Assembly (NCBI GenBank): GCA_013265495.1
Contig: MU058844.1
Span: 812,941-876,940 of the forward strand
DNA: 64,000 bases
Origin: Vicugna vicugna
Lineage: Eukaryota
Direction: 5' to 3'
Shown: piece by piece, positions 25,507 through 38,905 of the stretch
How positions within the stretch are numbered: the first letter of the stretch is position 1
Layout: the number at the start of each line of letters is the position of its first letter
Program-made: the position numbers and the translations under genes
Notes under the pieces: generated by a model
Database searches by the model: none
The model's input: only the letters and a program-made list of their open reading frames with translations
What the model was told of the DNA's origin: nothing

Positions 25507-28500
25507 TAAAACTCAAGTTTCTTGTGTGCATGATTTTCAAAGTACACATGATCTAGGAGAAGATATTCTGAGCTTTACAGTAAGATTCATGCCTTAGGGT
25601 TATTTTGGTTTTGTTAAATTTTTGAGTATAAAGGCACCAGAGCAAGTAGAGATATCACTGAATTTGGAATCAAAAAACTTGAGTTCAAGTTCTGAATTCT
25701 GCTATCAATGTCATCTTAGGCAAATCATGAACTTCTTTTGGCTTTACTTTTCTTGTCTGTCCAATGAGGGTACCATCTAGGTGTTTTCTAAAGTGCCTTT
25801 CAGAGTAAAAAATATTAGTTGAAAGTTATAAGTACCAGGATTTTGAGTCTGCAGATCATTTGCAACCCCAGAGTAGCATTTTAGGTGTTACTTAACAAAT
25901 CCTGATCTCTTTTATCCTGTTTCCTAGCATCTTTGCTGAGAAAAAAGCAAGGATTCAGTGGTAAAATTTGATAGCTCATGCAAAGTGACTGTCACAGCAC
26001 CTGCTACATAGTAGGCTCTAGAAGATAGTAGATCTCTTTTTCTACTGAGTTCCCTCCTCCACCCCCTTTCCCCAATATAAAGCACTTTACGGTTATCTCA
26101 AATGCAAGTAAGTTACGTTTGTTGTAGTGGATAGATTTCCCCTCTTCAGGATGGAAACATGTTCTCTTAGTTGCTTGGAATCATGGCTGCCTCACCAAAG
26201 TTTGTCACCTTCCTGGAAGCAGCCTATACTTCATTACTGGTTAATGTAGGATATACAAAGATTCATCCTCTTGCCTCGATTAGAGACTAATATGAAGGGT
26301 CATTCTAGCTTCATGACTCTTAGACTAACTGAGGCTGCCGTTCCAACTGTGTTATTTGATCAATACTGTTCAGCTTCTCCCTTGGCCCAGTCATACTCCC
26401 CATGTGCCTGCACATGTGTTCTTGAGAGCACTCCCCAATAAACCTTCTGCTTGTAGATTTTAGTCTCAGAATCTGTTTCCTTGGGAGCCTGAATTACGAG
26501 TCATCGGCTATTTGGATTGTCTTTTTCAGGGATTATTGTATCGTAAAAAATGGTAATATTCAGGATGGATTTTAATTTTATGAATTTTGTTTGAAACTGA
26601 TGTTTTACATATCTTTTATAAGAAGAATCCATAGCCAGTAGATTAGAATTTTTGTTAAAGATACTGGAGTATTACATGGTAGGTCTTCAAGCACATTCTG
26701 GGATTTTGAACATGGCCCACAGATAGTCTGTTCAGGAAATTTTATCATTAGCACCTTTCCCAGTTCCTTCAAGTGATTTTTAGACTTGAAGAATGAAAAG
26801 TGGCATCTTCTTAGAACTAGACTGTGAATTCTTATTTTGATATATTTTTGCATCTGTCTATCCATATTTATTGAATCAAAACACCCTATACTCTAAACTT
26901 GCTTAAAATATGTAGATCAATTTTAACCATGTTAGATATTTTATTGTATGTTATAGATATTTAAAAATTGTTAGATATTAACAACTTTTATTCTTTTACT
27001 TAATATCAAGTTCATTGTATGATGTCTATAAACCCAATTTAGTTACTAGTAGCTAATCTATAATTAGTTTTGTGCAGTCTCAGTGACTTGGCTGCCTTTT
27101 TTTTTTTTTCTGATTTAACTGCTTTGAGAGGTAAATTACTTCATGTAACTATTAGTAACCAGTAACTAAGTTTGAGTTTTGAAAGTATCCATAAAAAAGC
27201 TAAGCGTATATAGAGACTGGGAATATATTTAACTTTATTTCTGTGTGCATGCTTTTAAGTTAGCCAGGTTAGGGCCCACATGAATCATGGAATTTGAGTT
27301 TTGGAGGTAGAAGGAACCATGATCTTGTTCTGTCCCTGTAATGTGTCATTGAAGAAGCTGAGATTAGAAAGATAAAGTGTCTTGATGGGTATCAGAGAGA
27401 TGGCCAAGAAACATTTGAGATAGCAGAGCGAATATTGAATTAGGACTTGGGAAACTTAAGTTTTAATTGCAACTCTCTCATTAATTAGATAGCATAGTGA
27501 TGTCAGGTAAGCCAGTTATACCTTCTAGGGCTTCATTTCTTCATCTATGAAGTGTTACATTTAGAACATGATTTCTGAGATGTTTTCCAGGTTTTAAATT
27601 TTGAATCTAGGTCTTTTCTGAGAGAGGTGCACTTAATAATAATACAATTATCTACTATTTATAGTATATTGACCAAATGCCAGGCACTGACTAAAGCATT
27701 TTACACATACTGTTTCATTTAATCCTCACAACAATTCTGTGAGGCTGACATTAACAGTTTCATTTTACAAATGGGAATTTGGGTCTTAGGTTAAATAAAT
27801 TTATAAAGCTTCTAAGTGGGTAAACTGGAAGTTGATTTCAGGTCTGTGTGACTCCAACCACTATATTCTGAATCACTATTCCTAGATTTAGATGTACTTT
27901 TGTTTCTGGAACACTTCACAGGCCCTGCTGAAAATGAGAGCCAATTGCATTTAGGTAAGTATATGCTTCTCGCCCCCTTCTCTGGCATAGTGTAATGTGT
28001 CAGTAGGTTAGGCAGGAAAGACTTAGGATGCAGAAGTACATTGTGTGGTGGTACTTGAGAAATTTTGGAGTGGGCTAGAATCAGGTACAACAGGGGGGAT
28101 ATAGCCTTTTAGAAGCCACTTAAAAGACAAATTGAATAGGGATTGTACTTAATTCAGCATTAATACTTTAATAACATAGATGGCTATTTGCATACTCATT
28201 GAAGTTGTAGATGGCTCTAAGTTAGGTGGAACTGCTCACATTTCAAAAAAATAGGAATTGTTTTCAGTTGAAAGCTGATAGAAGTGAGTTAGGGTGGCAT
28301 GTGGTATATTTTTAGGGAAGCTTACTATTGTATATGGTTTTATGAGGGATAGGAAAGCATCTGTGGAGTTATAATGGTAGGTCAAGGTCATATTATGGTA
28401 AAATCTGAGTAAGTCTTCTACATCAGGATTTGATATAGATTGGGATATATTCAGTTTTAAGAAGAAAGTGGAGAAATGAGAAGGAACTCAAGACAAAAAA

Positions 28501-31500
28501 TAGTTAGCAAAAATGAATTATGAGACAAGTTTAAAGGTGTTAAGAGTTATAATGGAGATTAGAATGAAGAATATTAGTGGTTATTTTCAAGATTGAAGAG
28601 TGAGAGCAAGCAGGAAAGGACAAGAGACAAATTTTATATAAAGTTTGAAGCTGACAGGAGTTAGGGGTTAGGAGTATGAAACTATAATATGAAAAGTAGA
28701 AGGTCCTTCCCCAGTAATCGTTGCTAATGGTTTCTTGTGTATTTTTCCACAATTTTTTATGCATATATCCATTAACATTATACAGTATGATAATACTCTT
28801 CATATGAGTTGAATTATTTTTTCCACTTAATACAATTTGGAGCTCTTTCAGTATTAGCATTTTCAGAATTGTGTCTTATATTTGTTTATTTTTGATAACT
28901 ACATTATACTTTGCTATATGGGTTAACAAAATTTAATTATTTCCCTATTGAAGGACATTTCATTTGTTTCCAATCTTGCTATTATAAACAACACTGCAGT
29001 GAACATGCCTGTACACATATATAGGTCTCCTTTTAATGAATTTGTCCACTGCATAATTTCCTAGCAGTGAGCCAGAGAGTATGTACATTTTTTGTATATA
29101 GCTACACTCCCACAAATAATGTATGAGAGTGCTGGTTTTCCAATACCCTTTCTACCAATGAGTATTGTCAAAGATTAAAAAAAGAAAAACTTGGTTTTAC
29201 TCAAATACCCTGAAAACCATATTGGCAGTTGTCATTTAGTCTTCTAATCTCTGGTTTAATTTAAAGTTAAAAAAGAAACAATGGAAGTAGAATAATGTAA
29301 ATCTTGGAGTAGTTATATTAATTATTTTTAATGTTTGAAAACTATTGGGTGTAAATTAAACTCAGGTGGACACTTTTATTGTATCCTTACTAGGAATTGT
29401 GATGAATACTCACTCTATATGGGGCTCCTGCCCTCAAAAAGGTTCCTTTTCTCTTTTGAGGAGAAGGTATGACATTATATCTGCTGTATCTAGTTGTATC
29501 TGTTACTGCATGATAAACCATCCCCAAACTTTGGCTTTGGTTTAAAATCGCTACCATTTTGTTTGCTTTAGATTCTGTAGATCAGTATTTTGGGCTAGGC
29601 TAAGCTGAGTGATTCTTCTGCTGGTCTCTCTTGGAGTTAGTTACTCATACAGCTGGAGATACCTGTGGTTTTGATTGGGATCATAGTCTACTGTGGCTTC
29701 ACTCAGATTGCTGATTATATTCATTGAGCCACATAATGTCCAAGGGTAGTATGGGCTTATATGGTGGCAGAATAGTTTCCAGCAAGGAGTGAGCAAATCC
29801 CATTGTGCAAGCACTTTTCAGATCTTTGCTTTTATCTCATTTACTACTCTGTCAACAGCCAAGGCAAGTCTGGCCAGCCCAGAGCCCATGTGGGAGAGGA
29901 TTACACATAAAAATTACAAGGGCATTAAAACATAGGCACAATTCATTGAGGGTCATTACTATAACAATCTACCAGCACTTTCTTCCTCCTTGTATTATGA
30001 GTTAAGTGTTACAGGAGAAGTATAAATAAAAGATATAATAGTTTTAAGAACAGAAATATTTCTTATCTAAGGAAGGGTTGTATGATGTTACCAAAGTTGG
30101 AAAGACTGATTTCATCGACAGTTGCAAACTGTTGATTTTCTAGATTTTTTAACTGACATTTTTCGGTATTAACTGACATTTTTCTGTAAAGAAGTTTTCA
30201 GTATCTTTCGGGGCTATTTGGTTGCTGTGAACTTCAGTGTATACTGGATGGGCAGGATAAACGCTTAATTCTTTTCCTTTAATTATGAATTTTCAGAGTA
30301 AGAGTTGATACACTACTCTAATAGTGATCAGTGAGGCTTGCTTATTTGTCTTTTGACTTTTTCTTTCTTCGAGAAAAGAGAACTCACAGATTTTTAACAT
30401 ATTTCACGAATTCATGGATTTATATATATTTAGTGGGTTTCAGTCATTTGAAGTCAGTGTGATTTTTTTTGATGTGCAGATTGCCCCAGCTGTGGCTAGT
30501 GGAAGAGCCTTGAAGGTGACTTGTCATTTTGACTGGACCCTAACAGTGGTTGATAGTCTCTTTGCTTTGTGGCATAACAACATGTCCCAGGTTTATATTA
30601 TAAAATTTCTCCTCCAGGCTGGAATAATCCATTTCTCCAAAGAGTCCTGGCTCTTTTAAATGGAGAATGCTGTTGAGATAGCGCTGTCTGGACATTTAGA
30701 GTGCTCATTGCTTCTCTGTTTTCATTGCTTTTAAGCTTTTAAGATTAGAACTAGGTTATATATACATATATACATATTGATAGATTTGAAAAGCAAAACA
30801 AGAGTTCAAATTTAAGATTATAAAGTGCTTTTTCCTTATTTGAGTTTATATTTTTAAATTTTATACTGAATATCTTGGTTCTTAACATTAAGACAATTTT
30901 CATAAATATATACATAAAATAGCTTTAAAATAACAATGTTAATATTGTTAATAAGATTACTGAATGAATTTTACTTTTTTTTTTAAAGCAGTTCTGTTTA
31001 TCGTTACACTATTGCTCATTAAGGCTGTATAGTCAAAACACTGTTCTTAAAACACTTGAAATAATTATTTTCATTGTGTGGCTATACCACTAGCTTGAGA
31101 TTCAGTTAGGTTTAAAATTTAAAAAAAAATTTAAAAATCGTGGCAACATAAAATTCAGCATTTTTATTTTAGAGCATGCAATTTAGTGGCATTATGTACA
31201 TTCATATTGTTGTGCAACCATCACAACTATCTATTTCCAGAATTTTTTAAAATCATTACCAAACTGAAATTCTGTATTATTAAACAATAACTCCTTACTC
31301 CCCTTACCCCTGGCCTCTGGCAACCACTATTTTATTTTTTGTCTTTATGAATTTGATTATTCTAGGACCTCATATTAGTGGAGGCACATATATTGGTTGT
31401 TTTGTGTCTGGCTTATATCATTTAGCTTAATACTTCCTAGGTATGTCCATGTTGTAGCATGATTAGAATTTCCTTCCTTTGAAAGGCTGAGTAATCTATT

Positions 31501-31925
31501 GTATGTATATATCACATTTTGTTTATCCACATATCTATCAGTGGACATTTGGGTTGTTTCCACCTTTTTAGCTATTGTCAATAATGCTTCTGTGAACAGT
31601 GATGTACAGATATCAATTTGTGTTTAGTTAGACTTTAGCTGAGGTTTTCAATAAATGAGGGTTATTAACTCAGCTAGAGAACATGGGAGGAAATGAACTT
31701 TTTCCCTAGGATGATAAAACATTGAGATAAGTGGGTTTGATTTTGGATGTGATTCATTTGAGGTGCTTTGGGAAATAAATTAGAAAGTAACTGGAATTGT
31801 GGTGTAGAGATAGAGTGCTAAATTAAGTCTTTTTTATAGTCTAGGTGAGAGATGATGACACCTTGAACTGAGTTAACGGCAAAGGAGATGGAGAAGGATA
31901 GATTCAAAATTAATGTAGATGATTG

Positions 31926-32892
31926 TCTATTCTACATTTTGAAATCCCAGTCTATCCCTTCCCACCCCCCATCCCCTTGGCAACCACAAATTTGTATTCT
32001 ATGTCTATGAGTCTGTTTCTGTTTTGTATTTATGATTTGTTTGTTTGTTTGTTTGTTCTTAGATTCCACATATGAGCGATTTCATATGGTATTTTTCTTT
32101 CTCTTTCTGGCTTACTTCACTTAGAATGAAATTCTCCAGGAGCATCCATGTTGCTGCAAATGGCATTATGTTGTCGGTTTTTATGGCTGAATAGTATTCC
32201 ACTGTATAAATATACCACATCTTCTTTATCCAGTCATCTGTTGATGGACATTTAGGCTCTTTCCATGTCTTGGCTATTGTAAATGGTGCTACTATGAACA
32301 TTGGGGTGCAGGTATCATTTTGAAGTAGGGTTCCTTCTGGATATATGCCGAGGAGCGGGATTCTTGGGTCATATGGTAAGTCTATTCGTAGTCTTTTGAG
32401 GAATCTCCATAATGTTTTCCACAGTGGCTGTACCAAACTGCATTCCCACCAGCCTCTCCAGCATTTGTCATTTGTGGATTTTTGAATGATGGCCATTCTG
32501 ACTGGTGTGAGGTGATACCTCATTGTAGTTTTGATTTGCATTTCCCTGATAATTAGTTATATTGAGCATTTTTTCATGTACCTATTGATCATTTGTATTT
32601 ATTCCTTGGAGAATTGCTTGTTTAGGTCTTCTGCCCATTTTTGGACTGGGTTGTTTGTTTTTTTCTTATTAACTCGTATGAGCTGCTTATATGTTCTGGA
32701 GATCAAGCCTTTGTCGGTTTTATTTGCAAAAATTTTCTTCCATTCCGTAGGTTGTCTTTTTGTTTTACTTATGGTTTCCTTTGCTGTGCAGAAGCTTGTA
32801 AGTTTAATTAGGTCCCATTTGTTTATTCTTGCTTCTATTTCTGTTGCTTGGGTAGACTGTTCTAGGAGAACGTTTTTGCGATGTATGTCAGA
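31926..32892 (-). mobile_element. Young L1 fragment (ORF2 C-terminus) with 15-bp TSD and no tail
   Basis: ORF 32059-32541(-) [19 protein letters not shown]...[17 protein letters not shown] is the L1 ORF2p C-terminus; TSD taatgtagatgattg at 31911-31925 and 32893-32907. Confidence 0.93.
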
Positions 32893-35139
32893 TAATGTAG
32901 ATGATTGAATTAACTTGGGATTGGATGTGAAGTTTAAGGAAGAGAATAGTTAAGGGTAATGCTTTGGATTTAGGCAAGATGAGTATGTGATGTTTTTGTA
33001 ATTTGAGATAGAGAATGCAGACAGGTAGAAGGTTTGTGGAAAAAGATAATGGATTTGGTTTTGAACAAAATGACTTAGGGGTGCTTCCAAGGCACTCTGG
33101 TAGAAATATTTAGCAGGACAGGAAAATATGAATTTGAAGTTCAGCAGCGATCTGGATTAGATTTAGCATTTTGTTTTTGTCTGCATTGGGGGTAATTAAA
33201 ATTAAAGGAGTAAATGAGATCACCTAATAGTGTCCAGTAAGCTAAGAGATTGAGCATGAAAACTCCCTGGGAAGCCCTGGAATGCTTTCCATGACATAAA
33301 AACAATATCATTTGCAAATATACTTCTCAGTTCATCTGAATGTGGTAAGGTCTTAGCTCTTAATAGTAGTAAAGAGGTAGTGAGGGCCCTAAGAAATCTT
33401 CGATTATTGTTTTTCAGTGCAAGGATCAGGTAATGTATTTAAAGCACCCTTCTTAGGGTCTGCATATAGTAGGTGGCTTTTCACATTTTTTGAATTTGTG
33501 AAAATTTTCCTAATTGGTTTTTATGGTGGGCTGAGGGTGAAATAGTGTGACAAAAATCAGTGCTGAAAGTTACATTTTATAAGAAATCCTAATAGATGTC
33601 TTTTAAGTCCCCAAGGTTTTGAGGTTATATGTCATTTAATTTCTAATACTTGTATCCTTTCCATTTTCACAAATAATTTTGCTAAGCGTGAGGTGTGTTT
33701 AGTATCCTATAAGAATTTTTTTCAAATATTTTTTTAAAAGTAGTAATTCATTTTTTAGTCCAGTCACCTTTGTGTGTGTGTGTGTGTGGCAATTAATCTA
33801 TTATTAACTCGGCTTTTGCCTGTTTGTCTTATTTCCAATCTAGTTTCAGAGTGTTATGGGTTGTTTATTTGCTTAGTAAGCGTTTACTATGTCTTTTTTG
33901 TGTACAAAGATTAGTTATCCTTTTAGTCAGTTTTAGTGCTTTGAAGCTAGGTAGAATTTAAAGATGAGGTTCTTTATTTCAGTAGCAATTAGGTTGTAAA
34001 ACTGAGTTATTTTTCCAGTGAAATTCTTGTTCTCTTCCTGCTTGATCTTCTCTGGAGTAAAGTCATAAATAGTGGTAGGGTTGGGGAGACTATGTTGAGT
34101 TTGAAAGCTCTGACTCAGTATATCACCAGATATTAGAAAAACTTCTGTTCTTCATCTATAAAATAGTTGTTTTTTTATATGCTACTAGGCATTTTTTTGA
34201 TTCTGGTCTTCTTTGCTATCAGATTTTCAGTCACAATTAGAAGACATAGCTATTGGTTGCTTTGGATTAGAGCAGTGCAGTTATCATTTTCACAAGTTGT
34301 TTAGATCAACTGAAATAGATCAAATATGCATTTCAAAGAAATTTCATGTTGTTAAAACTTGTATGATAGTGGTACTTCCTTTCAAGGTATTGCATACAGT
34401 AAACAATGATAACTTTTCCCCCCCTGTGAAGTACTGTTTTTTCTTCAAAAACTTGCATGTAATTCTTTGAAAGCAGTTTTTGCAGATATTAATACTACTT
34501 TATGTTGATCTTATAGTTGTTGGTAGTAGGAATGTATTTTTATATTATCAACAACATAGGGTAGCCAAATATATAGCAGGCACCTGTTCTTATTTGGTTG
34601 AAGTAAATACTTTGAATACCATATACATTTTTTTCCTCATATGATATAAACTTTCTTCCTTATATTTTCAAATTTTGATCTGTTTGGTGGAGGCCTCTAA
34701 GGAATAATGATAGGTGTTGGATAAATATAATCATCTAGATCTTTTTGCAAGCCCCAATTTTTTTACATGTAAAAAAGTCTGAAAATTAGAATAATATGAC
34801 CATGCTAATAAAAATTTTTGGGAGGAGGTAGGTGGGTGGTTAACAAAATCATTAACACAAATCTCATCCTTTCAATAACATAGGGAAAAAATAGTAACAA
34901 CAACAAAAATAACCCTAACATAAAATGCATCAGTCTCCTATGACCTTTCGATCTCTGTTTTATGTCTTTACATAATTGAAGTCATAATACATGCAAATTT
35001 TGTACTTTTTACCTCTTGTACAAATTCAACTTCATATCACATTTGTTAATAATTTTTCTCCACAACCTTCACTCTTGGCACTTTTAATTGTCAGGTTTGT
35101 TGAGTGTGTTTGTTACAATTTTGTTAACCTATTCTTTGT

Positions 35140-38100
35140 TTTGAAGATAGTCCACTTAAAATTATATAAGTTTCAGGTGTGCAGCTTTATAATTTGACAT
35201 CTGTGTTTATTACAAAGTGATCACCACCCCAGGTCTAGTTGCTGTCAATCACCATACAGTTGACCCTCTTTACCTATTTTCCCAACCCTCTTTACCTCTT
35301 GTAACTACTCATCTGTTCTCTGTATCTGTGAGTTTGTTTTTTTCAGGTTTCACATATGAGTGAAATCATGTAGTATTTGTCTTTCTCCATCTGACTTATT
35401 TCATTTAGCATAGTCCATCATGCTTCAAGGTCCATCCATGTTATTGCAAATACTGCAGAATTTCATTTTTTATGGCTGAGTAGTAGTCTGGTGTGTGTGT
35501 GTGTTTATCACATCTTCTGTATCCATTCATCCATTGATGGACGCTTAGGTTGTTTTCATATCATGGCCATTGTAAGTAATGCTGTAATGAACATAGGGCT
35601 GCATATATCTTTATGAATTAGTGTTTTTGTATTTTTTGGATAAATACCCAGAAATGGAATAGCTGGGTCATATGGTAGTTCCATTCTTAATTTTTGAGGA
35701 CTCTCCATACTTTTTTTTTCATAGTGGCTACACCAGTTCATAGTCGAATCACCAGTTTTCAGGGTTCCTTTTTCTCCACACCCTTTCCAACATTTGTTAT
35801 TTCTTGTCTTTTCTGACAGGTGTGAGGTGATATCTCATTATGGTTTTGATTTCCATTCCTCTAATAATTAGTGATATTGAACATCCTTTCTTGTGCCTGT
35901 TGGCAAATGTCTTTGGAAACATGTCTGTTCAGATCCTCTGCTCATTTTTTTTTTCCTCTGCTCATTTTTTTAATTGAGTTGTTTGTTTTTTGGTTGTTGA
36001 GTTGTGAGTTCTTTGTATATTTGGATAATAACCCCTTATCGAGTATATAATTTGTCGATACCTTCTTCCATTCAGTAGATTGCCTTTTTGTTTTGATGAT
36101 AGTTTCCTTTGCTGTACAGAAGATTTTTAGTTTGATACAGTCCCATTTGTGTATTTTTGCTTTTATTTCCCTTACCTTTGGAGTCAGATCCACAGAAACT
36201 GATGTCAGTGAAGTTACTGCCCATGTTTTCTTCTAAAAATTTCATGGTTTCAGGTTTTACATTCAAATCTTTAATCCATTTTGAGTTGTTTCATTCTTTT
36301 GCACGTGGCTGTCCACATATGTGTGGGTTTACATTGCTGGGCTCTCAGTTCTGTTTCATTGACCTGTGTGTCTGTTTTTGTGCCAGTGCCACACTGTTTT
36401 GATTACTGTAGCTTCATAGTATTGTTTGAAATCAGGGAGCATGACACCTCCATTGTTTTCTTCTTAATATTATTTTGACTATTTGGGGTCTTTCATGGTT
36501 CCATATAAATTTTAGAATTATTCTAGTTCTGTGAAATATGCTGTTAGAACTTCAATAGGGATTGCATTGAACCTGTAGATTGCTGTGGGAAGTATGGACA
36601 ATTTAAGAATATTAATTCTTCCAGTCAGTGACTGTGGAATATCTTTCCATTTGTATCTTCTTCAATTTCATTCATCATTGTCTTTCGGTTTTTCACTGTA
36701 CAGGTCTTTTATCTCTTTGGTTAAATTTATTCTTAGATATTTTATTCTTTTTGATGTAATTGTAACTGGGGTTGTTTTGTTGGTTTCTCTTTGTGATATT
36801 TGCTATTGGTGTAGAAATGCTACAGATTTCTGTATGTTGAGTTTATATCCTGTGACTTCACTGAATTCATTTATTAGTGCTAACTGTGTGTATGCGTGTG
36901 TAGTCTTTCTGGTCCTCTATATATAGTATCATGTCATCTGCAAAAATAGTGGTGGTTTTACTTCTATTTTTCAGATTTGGATGCTTTTTTCTTTCCTTAT
37001 TTTATTTTTTATTAAATTAAATTAAATTAAATTAAATTTTACTTTGCCTAATTGCTTTGGCTAGGATTTCCAATGGCATGTTAAATAAAAGTGTCTATAG
37101 TGGGTATCCTTGTCTTATTTCCTGATCTTAGAGGAAATACTTTCAGCTTTTCACTGCTGAGTGTGATATTAGCTGTGGATCTGTCATATATGGCCTTTAT
37201 TATGTTGAGGTATGTTTCCTCTGTACCTACTTTGTTGAGAGTTTTTGTCATAGATGGATGTTGAATTTTGTTAAATGCTTTTTCTGCATCTATTGAGATA
37301 ACCGTATAATTTTTATCCTTTGTTTTATTAATATGTATCATGTTGATTGCTTTGTGGATGTTGAATGATCTTTGCATCTTGGAATAAATCCTACTTGATT
37401 ATAGTGCATGCTCCTTTTAATGTATTGTTAGATTCAGTTTGCTAATATTTTGTTGAAGATTTTTGCATCTATGTTCATCAAAGAAATTGGCCTGTAATTT
37501 TCTTTTTTGGTCTGATTTAGGTATCAGGTTAATGCTAGCTTCAGTAGGGGTGTGACCATTGGCGCTAACAGGTTGGATGGAGAATTCCAAAATGGTGCCA
37601 GCCAGCACTGGTATTAGCAAGGTAGCCTGAGATCACATAAATGGCTCCTGCCAGTGACTCAGTCCCTGGGGGTGTGCCAACTGGTTCCTGCCCCTCCACC
37701 AGATGCTTCAAGGCTAGTAGGTGAGTCCCCTTTACCCATTGTTCATGCACTTTTCAGCTTGGTGTTTTTGCACTGGTTTTCAGGTCAAGTGAGTCTGTGT
37801 GCAAGTCCTTTAAGAGCAGATTTTCTATTCCCTATAGTTTTTTAGTTTTCCCAGGCATATTCTCCATTGGTTTTCAAACCCAGGTGTTTTGGTTCTCATC
37901 TCCTGTGCAGGGTGTAGGCGTTGGGGTGCTTAATGTGATGCTTAAATCCCTTGCTTCTCAGGGGAAAGATCTATTCCTTTGTGATCCCTCCCAATTGTGG
38001 CTTGCTGTAGTTTTGGTTTTGTGACTTTGCCTCTCCTATCCATCTCATTGCTGTCCTTTTACCCTTTGCTGTGGAGGTTCTGTTCATTCAGTTTCCAGGT

Positions 38101-38200
38101 CCCTTTCTGGGAGAACTATTCCATAGGTAAGTGTATATTTGTTGTGTCTGTGGGTGGAGGTTCGTTCAGGATCTTTTTACACCATCATCTTGAACCCTCC
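35140..38200 (-). mobile_element. Decayed, internally deleted L1 (3'UTR, ORF2 pieces, probable 5'UTR)
   Basis: Minus-strand ORFs carry ORF2p motifs ([40 protein letters not shown]); the minus strand at 38200 begins ggagggttcaagatgatgg, like an L1 5' end. Confidence 0.85.
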
Positions 38201-38812
38201 AAACTGTCTCTGACAATGGAATATTAAGTATTGGAGATAGATTGGTAATGGTTAGTATGGTGGTAGATGGATGGGTGACTAGATAATGTGTGGTGTGTTG
38301 ATCTTTTTAGCTCCCCTCAAATTATTGTAGTTTAGTTGGTGTAGTAGAGAGCAATGCAAGAGGAATTAAAATTTTAGCATTTTGGTTCTGCTTCCTTTTT
38401 TTTTTTTAACAGTACAATTTTGAGAAATCTTTTAGCTGCTTTGTGATGTCTGTTTTCTCTCTTTTCTTATCTATAGAGAGAACATTATCCCTGCCTCTCT
38501 CAGAGATGTCATTGTGATTAAATAAGATATTCTGTGAAAGTGAGATGAGGATGATAAAGCACGATATACAAAAATAAACTTTATTAGTTTCAAAAAAAAC
38601 TAAAACTGAGAGAATCCAGGTAGAGATCTTGATAAAATATTAGGTCCAGTCGGTCTCCAGTAAAGGAGAGCTTCTACCGCTGTTTGTTATTATTGAGAGG
38701 ATGTCTACTTTTATGTGTAAAGCTAGCCTTGATTACTGTTTAGGTTATTAAATAGTTTATGAATATATTGTTAATATTTAATTTGATTTTCCCCCTTCTG
38801 CTTGTGTTTCAG

Positions 38813-38905
38813 ACTCCTGGGAGAGTTGGCTCTCAAGGTTCTGATTTAGATTCATCAGCAGCTCCTATAAACACTGTGGATGTCACTAATGAAAGCTCTT
38901 CAGAG
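38813..38905 (+). CDS. EEA1: EEA1 exon 2 (TPGRVGSQGSDLDSSAAPINTVDVTNESSSE)
   Basis: Pyrimidine tract + tttcag acceptor; 93 nt; donor GAG|gtatga; phase 0/0. Confidence 0.97.

Noticed and set aside
30149..30184. Short tandem duplications (ttaactgacatttttc x2; similar at about 45278-45305 and 61874-61928)
   Set aside because: Two-copy local slippage duplications with no array structure or sign of function.
32059..37620. Minus-strand ORFs as host genes
   Set aside because: They are fragments of L1 ORF2p, broken by stops and frameshifts.
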